Shown in pieces: positions 42,223 to 52,983 of a DNA stretch of 64,000 nt. Origin of the DNA: Patescibacteria group bacterium. Its GTDB lineage: Bacteria; Patescibacteriota; Patescibacteriia; GWA2-46-9. The notes beneath the pieces are model-generated. The model saw nothing but the letters and a program-made list of their open reading frames with translations, did no database searches and was not told where the DNA came from. The stretch covers positions 24,356 to 88,355 of the forward strand of contig JBAZXG010000002.1 of NCBI GenBank assembly GCA_041660005.1, given 5' to 3'. Each line of letters begins with the position of its first letter. Position 1 is the stretch's first letter. A program made the position numbers and the translations under genes.

Positions 42223-42494
42223 CCAGAATTTTTTCGGTAGAGAAAATACTGAATGAGGGTAATACCCCACATGACGATTCCTACTGCAAAAGAAATAAGT
42301 GGAAGATAGGCACCCGTTGCTGTGAAAAAACCAATTTGGGAAGCATAAAACCCTAACGCAATGAATATAGTAAGGAGGGGCTGTCCCGAACGTTTTTCAC
42401 GATAGTTTTTTGTAATTTGTGCGGGTATTCCAACCAATACCAAAGCGAGTGAGAAAATGCTGACCAAAATACTCAAAAGAAAGGTAAGATTCAT
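42204..42494 (-). CDS. PQ-loop/SemiSWEET-like three-TM protein
   Basis: IPAQITKNYREKRSG after TM1; three TMs. Confidence 0.6.
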   Translation of the reverse strand: MNLTFLLSILVSIFSLALVLVGIPAQITKNYREKRSGQPLLTIFIALGFYASQIGFFTATGAYLPLISFAVGIVMWGITLIQYFLYRKNSGPDPRA

Positions 42495-42628
42495 AGAATA
42501 ATTCTCTCTATAGTATAGGCGTTTCAAACTGTTATGCCAGATAACGATTTAGGTATGTTGGTCGGGGGTTGGCGATTCAAATTTTAGTTTATTTGACTAC
42601 GCACGACTCAGCATTACGGACATCACTT

Positions 42629-43378
42629 CTAATCTTCGACTTTCTTCGTCGAGAGCACAAATCCACTATCTTCACGAGTTTGATACCCTAGTTTTTCGGT
42701 ACTCGCTACTAATCGGCCGAGGTCTGTAGGATCTTCGGGTACCAACCGAGAGAATATCAGCGAACAAGCATTATCTTTGGCAACGCGCTCGGCGATCAAT
42801 AGTAACTGTTTGCCTGCTCCTTGTCCTTGCAAAGGAGGCGCCACGTATCTATCGGCGATATACAAATACTTTTTTCTTGACCCGTCTTTCAAGACCAAGT
42901 TGAAAATTTTGAGATTTATGAAACAGTGATGATTCTCACTGCCAATATTCACGAGGTGTGCGATGGACTTTTCATAATCAATAGTTGTAGCACTTATGGC
43001 GTTATCTATAGATATAGCATCGGAATAGTTACTAATTTCATTGGCTCTTGCTTGAAGAGCCAGATTCTTACCACTAAGACGTAATCTGTATTCTTCTTGA
43101 ATAAACGGTTTTGTTTTACCGCTATCGCCAATCAATCGCCGATCTCCTAGTCCTCTAAGTGCTTCCTGCAGCAATTGACGATATCTATTTTTTAGTGGAC
43201 CTGGCTCAACCTCTGCTACTTTGGCTTCGAGAAGTTCAATTAATTTTGTTCCTTCACCCTCGTTTAAATTTTCGAGTACCGACCTTTCTGGTCTCTCCGG
43301 ATTTTCTAAATTTTCGTCAAACCATACTTCTGGCGACGACCATTCTCTTTCAAGTCTATTTCTTTCCATTTCAGACAT
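42629..43378 (-). CDS. Protein with C-terminal GNAT acetyltransferase domain
   Basis: V.P.LQGQGAGKQLL motif A, KLGY. Confidence 0.7.
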   Translation of the reverse strand: MSEMERNRLEREWSSPEVWFDENLENPERPERSVLENLNEGEGTKLIELLEAKVAEVEPGPLKNRYRQLLQEALRGLGDRRLIGDSGKTKPFIQEEYRLRLSGKNLALQARANEISNYSDAISIDNAISATTIDYEKSIAHLVNIGSENHHCFINLKIFNLVLKDGSRKKYLYIADRYVAPPLQGQGAGKQLLLIAERVAKDNACSLIFSRLVPEDPTDLGRLVASTEKLGYQTREDSGFVLSTKKVED

Positions 43379-43514
43379 ACATCTTGAATGTTTTCCTTTA
43401 AACTATATTTTCATGAGGGCAAATGGGGCGCTCGATAAAAAACATGGAATTCCTTTTAGGAACTAACTGACTTTTCGGTGGTCACGACTACGTCTTGACC
43501 TATTTTATTGATGT

Positions 43515-43701
43515 CGGAGAGGGAGGGATGCTTCGCTTGTGGAACCCGTCGCTACGCTCTTTCAAACCCAGTTGCTTGGCGCGACACTTACTGATCTTTG
43601 ATTTTGCTGTTGATGTCAGTTTGAATAATTCCGCCACGGGAAACTCCCGTTTCCCAGCCTGTCCGCCTTCGGCGGAACCCCTTCCCGGGGTTCGAATCCC
43701 T
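43515..43701. repeat. tRNA-end module, family B (Ser copy)
   Basis: cggagagggagggat equals tRNA-Ser 58193-58207; body matches the Ala and Leu modules; ends ggttcgaatccct. Confidence 0.8.
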
Positions 43702-43925
43702 ACCAACTATTCTAAGTGGTCTGTGCATTACCCTACAAGAGAGGAGGATTCGCCTACAAGTCGCCTCGCCTTCCGGCTTGGCGCTCGCAGGCCGCCCCTC
43801 GCGGTCTTGCTCGCCCAATTGCGTCGCAAGACATCGCTGCGGTCTTCGAATCCCTCACGCGAGCAAAGCAGTTTGCTCGCTCCTCTCCTCGGCGTTTTTA
43901 TCTTTGATATTTTAAGGAAACTCCT

Positions 43926-44092
43926 CGGAGAGGGAGGGATTTCCGCGTTCCTCGTCGCCAGCATAGCGACTCGTCGCTCTGTCCGGGGCAGCGCTGAAAG
44001 CTGCGCCCGCTCACTTTCATCGGCGCTCGCTTCATTCGCTTTGTCTTCCGCCAAAACTCATGGCTCGCTGCTGCCCGTTCGAATCCCTCTCC
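43926..44092. repeat. tRNA-end module, family A (Ser copy)
   Basis: cggagagggagggatt equals 58193-58208; ctctgtccggggcagcgctg and ctgctgcccgttcga shared with the Lys module. Confidence 0.8.
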
Positions 44093-44412
44093 ATCTTACC
44101 AAAAATGAGCTGTGCCGCCCACGCACACGTGGGCACCACAGCTCATTCGGTGTGTCGCGGTCTAGAACCGCCCCATCGCTAGTATTGTAAGGGGTTTCAA
44201 GGGGTTTGGCGATTCAGCGTTTTTAACCGTCTCGGTCGGGGTCTGCTTGAGAAGAGCGAAGCTGAATGCCAAAAAATGCCAAATATTTTCACCTGCCATA
44301 TTATATACAAATAGCGTACTCCTGCTCAGGATACGCCTATTACTGTTATTAAATGCGGATTAGCACCCTCCTCTCTCATTGAGCGCACCACAGACTTTTG
44401 GCATTTGACGAA

Positions 44413-44892
44413 TCAGATCACTCGGCACTCCATTAGGTGACGACAGAGCGCTTCTTTGCTCACTAAGTATTTTTTTGCCAAAAATTCAAGATCGGGATTT
44501 CGTGAGAAGTCTCCTCTAATAAACGCGAGCGGTATCAGGAGCTCGGCTCCAAATTGATAGGCTTCCCGTTCTGCATTACTGTCAGGGTTTTGCCCACAGA
44601 CGTGCCCCATAAGGAAGTGTCCAATCTCGTGAGCAATCGTGAGTCGCCGCCGTACCCAGGCCGGCGTTGGGTTGAAGCCAATCGTCGGCTGACCATCGAT
44701 CATGAGAAGTGCACCATCAACGGTTTCAAACTCAACGCGCATGATATCAAGGCCACGCTGTGCCTTGAGGTGATTAATGACCTTCCACAGCGAGACCGGA
44801 ATTTCATTCACCCCGGAATCTTTAAAGAGCTTTCTGGCGAGTTTCCTCGCCCCACCTACATTCGGACCAAGCTGTACGTCATCATTTTCCAC
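44413..44892 (-). CDS. ImmA/IrrE family metallopeptidase
   Basis: R.RLTIAHEIGH (HExxH), E.EA..F..ELL.P, VS.EA. Confidence 0.88.
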   Translation of the reverse strand: MENDDVQLGPNVGGARKLARKLFKDSGVNEIPVSLWKVINHLKAQRGLDIMRVEFETVDGALLMIDGQPTIGFNPTPAWVRRRLTIAHEIGHFLMGHVCGQNPDSNAEREAYQFGAELLIPLAFIRGDFSRNPDLEFLAKKYLVSKEALCRHLMECRVI

Positions 44893-45211
44893 GGCGTTTT
44901 TTAGCTAGCTCGATGAAGCGTAGGAGAGCTTCCTTGTCTTTGGCCGTCAGGTCCTTATCAGCCCTGAGAGCAACTTTGATATCCACGGGGCGACTCTCTT
45001 GCCCAAGGAAGTAGGCAATGTCTCGATGCAACGCTTTAGCAGCTTTGTGTAGGTCTTCGGATCTGAGTTTGCGTTCTCCCGCCTCAATAAGCGAAATGGC
45101 TGTAGCTGACTCATAGTCCAAGGCCTTTGCTAATTGCGCCTGAGACAGTCCGGCCGCTTCACGCGCGGCCCGCAAACGAGCCCCAATTTGAACATTCACC
45201 TCATCTTTCAT
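44882..45211 (-). CDS. XRE-family HTH repressor (ImmR-like)
   Basis: IGARLRAAREAAGLSQ.QLA...IS.IE.GER. Confidence 0.9.
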   Translation of the reverse strand: MKDEVNVQIGARLRAAREAAGLSQAQLAKALDYESATAISLIEAGERKLRSEDLHKAAKALHRDIAYFLGQESRPVDIKVALRADKDLTAKDKEALLRFIELAKKRRGK

Positions 45212-45222
45212 ATTGATATTCT

Positions 45223-45269
45223 AAATCAATCAGAATGATTTGACAAGGAATTTGCCACTTTGCTAAACT
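45223..45269 (+). promoter_or_regulatory. Promoter in the divergent intergenic gap with an overlapping inverted repeat (possible operator)
   Basis: TTGACA 45240-45245, TGcTAAACT to 45269; aaatca-N7-tgattt overlaps the -35. Confidence 0.45.
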
Positions 45270-45328
45270 AGATATATCATTATGTTTATATGGATTAGAC
45301 AGCCCTTACCCTACCTAACAACTCCCTT

Positions 45329-46591
45329 ATGAAAATTGAACATGTCAACGTAGGCGATCTTAAACCCTCAGTCTACAATCCCAGAAAGTGGGATGAGAAA
45401 ATTATCGCGGATATGACCGAGAGCATCAAGCGGTTCGGTCTGTGCGATCCCCTGATTGTGAATGGTGCCCCCGACAGAAAGAATATCGTAATTGGTGGCC
45501 ATCTGCGCCTGAAGGTTGCGACCAGCCTCGGATTCACCGAGGTGCCAGTCGTTTATCTGAACATTCCAGAGATTGAGCGTGAGCAGGAACTCAACCTTCG
45601 TCTCAATAAAAATCTCGGTAATTGGGACGACGAGCTTCTAAAGGCGTTCGACATGAACCTTCTGCTTGATGTCGGATTCACCCCCGACGAACTGAACTTC
45701 CACTTCGATGACGTCCTCGACGTGAGCGACGACGGATTCAACGTCAAGGAGGAACTTGCCAAAATCACAACGCCGGAGAGTAGGCCGGGCGACCTCTACG
45801 AACTTGGACAACATCGACTGCTCTGTGGCGACGCGCTCGATCTCAATAATATCACAAAGCTAATGGGCAACGAGAAAGCGCATATGATCTTCTGCGATCC
45901 GCCGTACAACATCGGTCTTGACTACAGGAATGGCATCGGCACAGCTGGAAAGTACACCACGGACAAGCTCGTAAACGATAATAAAAGCATAAAAGATTAC
46001 GAGCAGTTTATCGAACAATCCTTACAAAACGCCTTGGCCGCAAGTCGTGACGACGTCCATGTCTTCTACTGGTGCGATGAAAAAAATGTCTGGCTTTTGC
46101 AACAACTCTACCAGAAGCACGGCATCACGAACCGGCGGCTGTGCCTCTGGGTGAAAAACAATTTCGATCCTACACCGCAGGTTGCCTTTAACAAGGTTAT
46201 TGAACCATGCGTCTATGGCACCCGCGGCAAACCCGCACTTAACTCTAGCATTAAGAACCTGTCGGAAATCATGAACCAAGATGTGAACTCTATTGGTATG
46301 TACGACGACCTCATGAGCATCGTCCAGCTCTGGCTCGTGAAGCGCGACAACACCGCCGACTATGAGCACCCCACTCAAAAGCCAATCACTCTAAATGAGA
46401 AGCCGATGAAGCGCTGCAGTGCACCTGGAGAAATCGTACTCGACTTCTTCGGCGGAAGCGGATCGACACTCATTGCTGCCGAGCAGTTGAAACGCCGCGC
46501 TTTCCTCGTTGAGCTCGATCCCATATTTTGCGATCTCATTATTCGACGCTATGAACACTTCACCGGCAACCACGCCAAAAGAATCCAATAA
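45329..46591 (+). CDS. ParB-N domain plus N6/N4 DNA methyltransferase
   Basis: YNPRK, SIKRFG..P, IGGH.R (ParB/Srx); DPPYN, HPTQKP, VLDFFGGSGSTLIA. Confidence 0.9.
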   Translation: MKIEHVNVGDLKPSVYNPRKWDEKIIADMTESIKRFGLCDPLIVNGAPDRKNIVIGGHLRLKVATSLGFTEVPVVYLNIPEIEREQELNLRLNKNLGNWDDELLKAFDMNLLLDVGFTPDELNFHFDDVLDVSDDGFNVKEELAKITTPESRPGDLYELGQHRLLCGDALDLNNITKLMGNEKAHMIFCDPPYNIGLDYRNGIGTAGKYTTDKLVNDNKSIKDYEQFIEQSLQNALAASRDDVHVFYWCDEKNVWLLQQLYQKHGITNRRLCLWVKNNFDPTPQVAFNKVIEPCVYGTRGKPALNSSIKNLSEIMNQDVNSIGMYDDLMSIVQLWLVKRDNTADYEHPTQKPITLNEKPMKRCSAPGEIVLDFFGGSGSTLIAAEQLKRRAFLVELDPIFCDLIIRRYEHFTGNHAKRIQ

Positions 46592-47333
46592 TCCCTCCGA
46601 CGGCCTATGGCGGCTCGGCAGTCACCGCCTTCTTCGCGGAGACGCCACAAAGAAGGCGGATGTGGACAGGCTCATCAACGGCGACAAAGTGACGCTGCTT
46701 TTAACCGATCCTCCGTACGGTGTTGGGTACGTTGAAGGCAAGCAAGAATTCTTGAAAACAATTCACCGAGGAAACAAATCAAAAAAATTTACTGCCATCC
46801 AAGGAGACGGTGTGGGGGATGACTACTACGACTTCTCACGAAAATGGCTGGAAACGGTTCGGCCTCACTTCAAGGACAAAAATGCATTTTATATTTTTAA
46901 CGGAGACGCGAAGCTCAGAGAGTTCCTGAACGCCCTGCACGACACGGGATACACAAAGTCGGCACTCCTCATCTGGCTGAAGAACCATCTCGTCGTCGGC
47001 CGAAAAGATTTTCACCCGCAGCACGAGCTCATCGCCTACGGCTGGTACGGCAGACACGCGTTTTTCGGCAACAAGGATAGGACGACACTCTTCTACCCCA
47101 AACCGAGCAGCAGCAAGCTCCACCCCACCATGAAGCCACCCGCACTTCTGCGACGCCTCATCTATCACAGCACCAAGCCGGGAGATATCGTCCTGGATTT
47201 ATTTGGTGGTTCCGGATCGACTTTGATCGCCTGCGAGCAGCTAGGCAGACGATGCTTCATGATGGAATGCGACACCTCGTACTGCGCCACCATCGTCGAA
47301 CGATGGCAGAAACTCACCAAGGGAAAAGCATAA
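46551..47333 (+). CDS. Second N6/N4 DNA methyltransferase
   Basis: LW.LG.HRL..GD, TDPPYG, HPTMKP, LDLFGGSGST. Confidence 0.88.
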   Translation: MNTSPATTPKESNNPSDGLWRLGSHRLLRGDATKKADVDRLINGDKVTLLLTDPPYGVGYVEGKQEFLKTIHRGNKSKKFTAIQGDGVGDDYYDFSRKWLETVRPHFKDKNAFYIFNGDAKLREFLNALHDTGYTKSALLIWLKNHLVVGRKDFHPQHELIAYGWYGRHAFFGNKDRTTLFYPKPSSSKLHPTMKPPALLRRLIYHSTKPGDIVLDLFGGSGSTLIACEQLGRRCFMMECDTSYCATIVERWQKLTKGKA

Positions 47334-47356
47334 CCCTGTCCTCATGTATCACGTCT

Positions 47357-47749
47357 ATGGAAAGTACGGAGGCCGAACATTCGAAAACCATATCAGTGTA
47401 CAAGAAACAAGAATTCGAGGCCTACGTGCTGTGGCGATCGATGCCGTCAATCCTGCGTGGCCAGCCGAGGCACGTCATCGAAAAACTTGGCATCGACGAC
47501 GAGATTGCTATGTCGCTCCTCGACATCAAGAACCAGACCGAGTTCGCCAAGCGGTATGGCATCAAGGATCTCGGGACCCTGACAGACTGGAACAAACGAA
47601 TCGATGAGATGGGCGGACTCATGCGCTACATCAACGCCTGGGCCAAGCGCCTGACTCCGAACGTTATCTCAGCCCTGTACCGCGAGGCCACGAAGAGCGG
47701 ACGGGCCGCCGAGGTCAAAGCCTGGATGGAAATTATTGAAGGGATGTAA
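47357..47749 (+). CDS. Hypothetical protein with HTH-like segment
   Basis: NQTEFAKRYGI...TL.DW; in the MTase operon. Confidence 0.6.
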   Translation: MESTEAEHSKTISVYKKQEFEAYVLWRSMPSILRGQPRHVIEKLGIDDEIAMSLLDIKNQTEFAKRYGIKDLGTLTDWNKRIDEMGGLMRYINAWAKRLTPNVISALYREATKSGRAAEVKAWMEIIEGM

Positions 47750-47754
47750 ACAAT

Positions 47755-47973
47755 ATGGAGATTGAAGAAAAAAATCTACGGAAAACACTCAGCATAGAAG
47801 AAGCGGCGGGCATTTTGTCTGACACGCTCCGCGATGTGGCCGAGCGCAAGACTACAGTGCGGCGGGCGCTGGTAATGTCGCGCCTGGCGTTGGCACTCTC
47901 CAGAGTACTCGAAATTGCCGACCTCAAAGCTCGCGTCGAGTTTTTAGAGCAAATGTTAAAGAAACGACGCTAA
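47755..47973 (+). CDS. Small helical hypothetical protein
   Basis: 72 aa, tight operon spacing. Confidence 0.6.
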   Translation: MEIEEKNLRKTLSIEEAAGILSDTLRDVAERKTTVRRALVMSRLALALSRVLEIADLKARVEFLEQMLKKRR

Positions 47974-47974
47974 T

Positions 47975-49816
47975 ATGGCCAACCTCTCCACCGCTCTGCG
48001 GACCGGGAACCTGACCGCACGCGAACGGTTCCTGCTCCTCATCCAAAACGACATCCAGCGCATGAAGACGGGAAAAGATATCCTGACGACGGCCGACAAA
48101 GCCGCGCTCGAGAATTGGCAAGCTAAAAATAACGTCGAAGCGTCTGAGTGGAACCGCCTGAACGAGGGGTGGAAACACACTGGACGCATGGACATTGAAG
48201 TTGAGTTCGCCTACCAGGAAGCGAACGCCGCACATCTCGCCAAGCTGCCAATCATCATTGAGCTCCTCACCTACCGGGCTGATCGAGAGATGAGCCGCTG
48301 TATCAATGTCCTGAAGCGATTGAAAAAAGTAAACCCAAAAGAAGCGAGCGTGATCATCGCCAAGCAGAAAGCCGCCAAACTCAAAGAAGGCATAGACGTC
48401 GAGTACGCGGTTTACCGGTTGGCCTTCGAGCGCCTCACTCCGGCAGAACAACAGCAAATGAAAGAGCTCTACGGCGACGTTGAAACTGACCATCAGTACC
48501 TCGACCAAGAGGAGGTTATCGCCAATCTGTACGGCAACCAAACCGAGCTCACCCCCGAGGCAAAAGATAAGCTCGCCACGCTGGTAGCCGAACGGAGCTA
48601 TAACGCATTTGCCAAAGAACATCAACTCTTCCATTACTTCGCCTGCATCCCGCTTGCTGAGGTGGCCCGATACTTCATCGCGCTAAAAAATATCATCCTG
48701 CCAAGCGAATCATCGCCTGCAGACGGAAAGGAAAAGGACCCATTCGCCGATCTCAATCAGTGCAACGAGTTGGCTGAAGCATTACAAACGTACGCGACGA
48801 CGCACCACACCACGGTCGAGAAGCTGCTCACGGAAGCGTGCCGCGTCTGGCTCGATGACGGCCTTCTTGAAACTTACACGCCGCTCGTCACGAGCAACAA
48901 TGCCGCGCTTTTTGAGCGGTGGCTCGCGGCCAAAATTGAAGCCAAGACGGTTATAACTCAACACGTTAGTGCTGGTGAACTCATGCTGCGCCATCGTACG
49001 GAGGAAGAAACAAGAAAGGAAAAGCTCTTGAGCAAAGACAGCTACGACCGTGAGTTAGCCACGGCACAAGCAGTACTTGAGGAGATCGGACGGGAGGCGA
49101 CAATCAAAGGAGAGCTTGATGAAAAATCAGCCTTCGAGACGTTCGCCGATCAGGTCATTACTGGCGAGAGTCTCTACGCATTCCCGGGCGACTACGAATT
49201 TGTGAAAAGCTTCAAGGAGCGAGCCGACATATACGACCCCAACCTCGGCATTGTCTACGCGGACGATGATCCAAACCACGCAGGCGAGCACTTGGACCAG
49301 GAACTCCTCATCTGCGACATAACCGACAGCGGCGACGCGAGCGTCTTTAGCCGCTACGGCATGGCGATATCGCTACTCGCAAACATCTTCGATAAAAAAA
49401 TGTTTTTTGAGGAGGTTGCCGAGGACGGAAAACTATTCCTTCACTTCAAGGATTCGCAGATTGAGGAGGCGTTCCGGGCAAGACAACAAAACCTCGTCGA
49501 TGGCTACGCCAAACTCCTCGCCTATCAAGCGGTGTTTAGCAAAGTGGCCGCCATCTACGAGGCCGACCTTGCCTACCACGTCACGGAACGGCTGACGGGG
49601 TTACGCGAAAATATTACCCAGCACAACGAGGCAGTTCAGCAAGCGACGAACCTCGGCGAACGGCTGCACCGAAAAGCAAAGTACGACTTCTTCCGGAGAC
49701 GTGACCGGCTATACTTGAAAGAGGATCTTGTTATAAATATCGATACGATCAAGCCTGACCAAGCAACCATGAAAGAGCACGAAGCGAAGTTGAAAAGGAT
49801 TTTTGGGAACTTCTAA
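47975..49816 (+). CDS. Large hypothetical protein
   Basis: 613-aa open frame; no motif recognised. Confidence 0.75.
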   Translation: MANLSTALRTGNLTARERFLLLIQNDIQRMKTGKDILTTADKAALENWQAKNNVEASEWNRLNEGWKHTGRMDIEVEFAYQEANAAHLAKLPIIIELLTYRADREMSRCINVLKRLKKVNPKEASVIIAKQKAAKLKEGIDVEYAVYRLAFERLTPAEQQQMKELYGDVETDHQYLDQEEVIANLYGNQTELTPEAKDKLATLVAERSYNAFAKEHQLFHYFACIPLAEVARYFIALKNIILPSESSPADGKEKDPFADLNQCNELAEALQTYATTHHTTVEKLLTEACRVWLDDGLLETYTPLVTSNNAALFERWLAAKIEAKTVITQHVSAGELMLRHRTEEETRKEKLLSKDSYDRELATAQAVLEEIGREATIKGELDEKSAFETFADQVITGESLYAFPGDYEFVKSFKERADIYDPNLGIVYADDDPNHAGEHLDQELLICDITDSGDASVFSRYGMAISLLANIFDKKMFFEEVAEDGKLFLHFKDSQIEEAFRARQQNLVDGYAKLLAYQAVFSKVAAIYEADLAYHVTERLTGLRENITQHNEAVQQATNLGERLHRKAKYDFFRRRDRLYLKEDLVINIDTIKPDQATMKEHEAKLKRIFGNF

Positions 49817-50029
49817 CTCATTAGTCTACCCGGACCACCTCGAGACCGGACCCAAATTGGTCAACGCCGATAAGGTTTTTGAAGCCTATTTATGATTATT
49901 GAAACAACGTACCCTAAGCACCCTGAAATATAATCTCCCAAACATTAATACCCACATAAGGTGTACGGAGAAAATAGACCACAGAAACGAAGTGTATTCC
50001 GTCCTCCACTTTCCATATTTCAGAACTTT

Positions 50030-51116
<1,087 letters not shown>

Positions 51117-51122
<6 letters not shown>

Positions 51123-51485
51123 ACATCCCCTATAACTAAAGTGCAGCAAGAAATACCGATTGTGCAAAAACTCTACGATCTCTACAAAACCTTCTACGGC
51201 TTCGCCGTGCTTTTTCCGAAGAAAGATAAGTACACACTCGGCGCAAAGTGTGAACAGTACATAATCAACACACTGGAATTGATACTGGCAGCAAGTGCAG
51301 TTACTCCGGCAGAGAAGCTTGGTCTACTACGTCAAGCAAACGTAAAGTTCGATACGCTTAAGGTATTTCTTCGATTATCCCGTGAGATTGGAGCAATCGA
51401 CGCGAAAAAATATCTTGTCCTCCAGAGAGAAATTCAAGAAATTGGTCGCATGCTTGGCGGCTGGCAACGGTCGCTCAGTGCATAA
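51117..51485 (+). CDS. avd: DGR accessory protein Avd (four-helix bundle)
   Basis: PI.QKLYDLYK, FPKKDKYTLG, LK.FLRL, EIGRMLGGW; lies between TR and RT. Confidence 0.88.
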
Positions 51486-51491
51486 TCAACA

Positions 51492-51520
51492 TCGGGGACC
51501 TGTAAGAACAGAATCCCCGA
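51492..51520 (-). other. Hairpin immediately 3' of TR (candidate DGR-RNA spacer structure)
   Basis: tcgggga...tccccga with inner ctgt/acag pairing. Confidence 0.5.
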
Positions 51521-51542
51521 GCCAACTGCTATCGTAGACACA

Positions 51543-51663
51543 ATCCGAGGAAGGACACTCCACCAGAGTAGTTGTCGTTCGCATTCGCAAGATTCGTCCT
51601 GTTGTCGAACTCGAGCTTATCGTCGTTCGGGTTCAGGTAGAGCGAGTACTCAGCGGACTGCCA
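51543..51663 (-). ncRNA. DGR template repeat (TR)
   Basis: Ungapped match to 52083-52203 at offset 540; non-coding; 7 AAY codons in the VR frame. Confidence 0.93.
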
Positions 51664-51964
51664 GAATATACCATTCCCCACCGATATGCACCGGCCCTCG
51701 GCCAGAGTTTCCTCTAGCTCCGAGCCTGAATTTTATTCGGTTCATTAGAGAACCCTAGAAAATGGTACGTAGTGTCTACGTGCTCTGCATACGCTCTGGC
51801 AATCAAGTATTTCCTTACCTGACAACTACCAGACTCTGATACATTGATGAGCATGAAGGATTTCGGCGGCCGTGATTAGATGAAGCCAACCACGGTACAT
51901 GAGCCTAATCTCAAAAGCAGTGTAGCATCAGTTCTCGTTTGTTGAAAAATTTTGAAAAAGGAAA

Positions 51965-51991
51965 AGCGGCATGACTGGAAATCATGCCGCT
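51965..51991 (-). terminator. Stem-loop downstream of the DGR target
   Basis: agcggcatga-N7-tcatgccgct followed by a U-rich run on the minus strand. Confidence 0.7.
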
Positions 51992-52080
51992 GTCCGTAGG
52001 AGGGATCCGGAAGAAAACCGGAAGACCAAAAACCGAAATCCTTGGTCCAAGGTTCAAACTTCCGAAACCCGAAGTCCACA

Positions 52081-52983
52081 CTACCCGAGGAAGGACACCC
52101 CACCAGAGGAGTCGTCGCACGCATGCGCAAGAGCCGTCCTGTTGTCGAACTCGAGCTCCTCGTCGTGCGGGAGCAGGTAGAGCGAGTACTCAGCGGACTG
52201 CCACTGGTAGGCGGAGAGGTCGATCACCGGGGTGTTGTTGTCCCGGCAGATGACCTCTGGCCACATGATGGCTGAGAGGATGGCGTTGAAGCCGTTGAGG
52301 ATGAACCCCTCCGGCAACGTCGCCATCTGCTCACGCTGGGCGTGCACCGAGAATCCCTGCGTTGCACAAGGCAGCTCGATCGTGGCGATCGGACCTTCCT
52401 TGGCGCGAACGAGGAGAAGATCGAGCCGACTCTCCGGCACGACCGTCACTTGCCCTTCGAGCTGACCCCGACGGTGGTTGGTAAAACCACGACCAGGGAA
52501 CTCGGCCTTGTACGCACGCTCGAGCGCCGAGAGAAGAAACTCGAGCATCTGGCCGTGGTCGTGGACAACCATCTGCGGAACGATGATTGGCAGGTGCACA
52601 CCCATCCCGACGTTCACCACCGAGGAATCGTCGAGGATGACCATGAGACGGCCGACCTCGTCCTCGAACCAAGCCGCGTCGGGCAACACGATGTTGCCTT
52701 CGAAGGCGTGATCCATGCGCTCGCGACGAGCTGCGTAGTCAATGACCTCCGGCTGGAGCAGATGGTACGCGCGATTGGCGTCGCAGACCTTGGCCTTGAT
52801 GCCACGAGGTGGAATACGCCGACCGTGACGATCGAAGAACATCGAGATGACCTCTTCGATCGTTACCTTGGCACCGGCCAAGATTGCGTTCACGGCTCCG
52901 AGCCCGTCGCCGCCGTAGACGCATCCCAGCAGATCGATGAGCTTCTCGTTCTGATTCCCTGTCAAAGATCCGTACTTTGCCAT
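52081..52983 (-). CDS. DGR target protein with C-terminal variable region
   Basis: 300 aa, GGAGG SD, VR at the C-terminus ending SGGVSFLG*. Confidence 0.88.
   Translation of the reverse strand: MAKYGSLTGNQNEKLIDLLGCVYGGDGLGAVNAILAGAKVTIEEVISMFFDRHGRRIPPRGIKAKVCDANRAYHLLQPEVIDYAARRERMDHAFEGNIVLPDAAWFEDEVGRLMVILDDSSVVNVGMGVHLPIIVPQMVVHDHGQMLEFLLSALERAYKAEFPGRGFTNHRRGQLEGQVTVVPESRLDLLLVRAKEGPIATIELPCATQGFSVHAQREQMATLPEGFILNGFNAILSAIMWPEVICRDNNTPVIDLSAYQWQSAEYSLYLLPHDEELEFDNRTALAHACDDSSGGVSFLG
52083..52203 (-). repeat. DGR variable repeat (VR)
   Basis: Last 40 codons of the target; 13 of 14 differences from TR are at TR adenines. Confidence 0.93.

Noticed and set aside
43515-44095. Additional tRNA genes or intron-split tRNAs
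   Set aside because: Only 3' acceptor and T-arm fragments are present; no D-arm, anticodon arm or 5' half in the matching orientation.
43495-44190. 231-aa ORF and other ORFs over the tRNA modules (also 3943-4554, 12565-13278)
   Set aside because: They overlap tRNAs or palindromic repeats, have low-complexity S/R/P/L composition and show no protein motifs.
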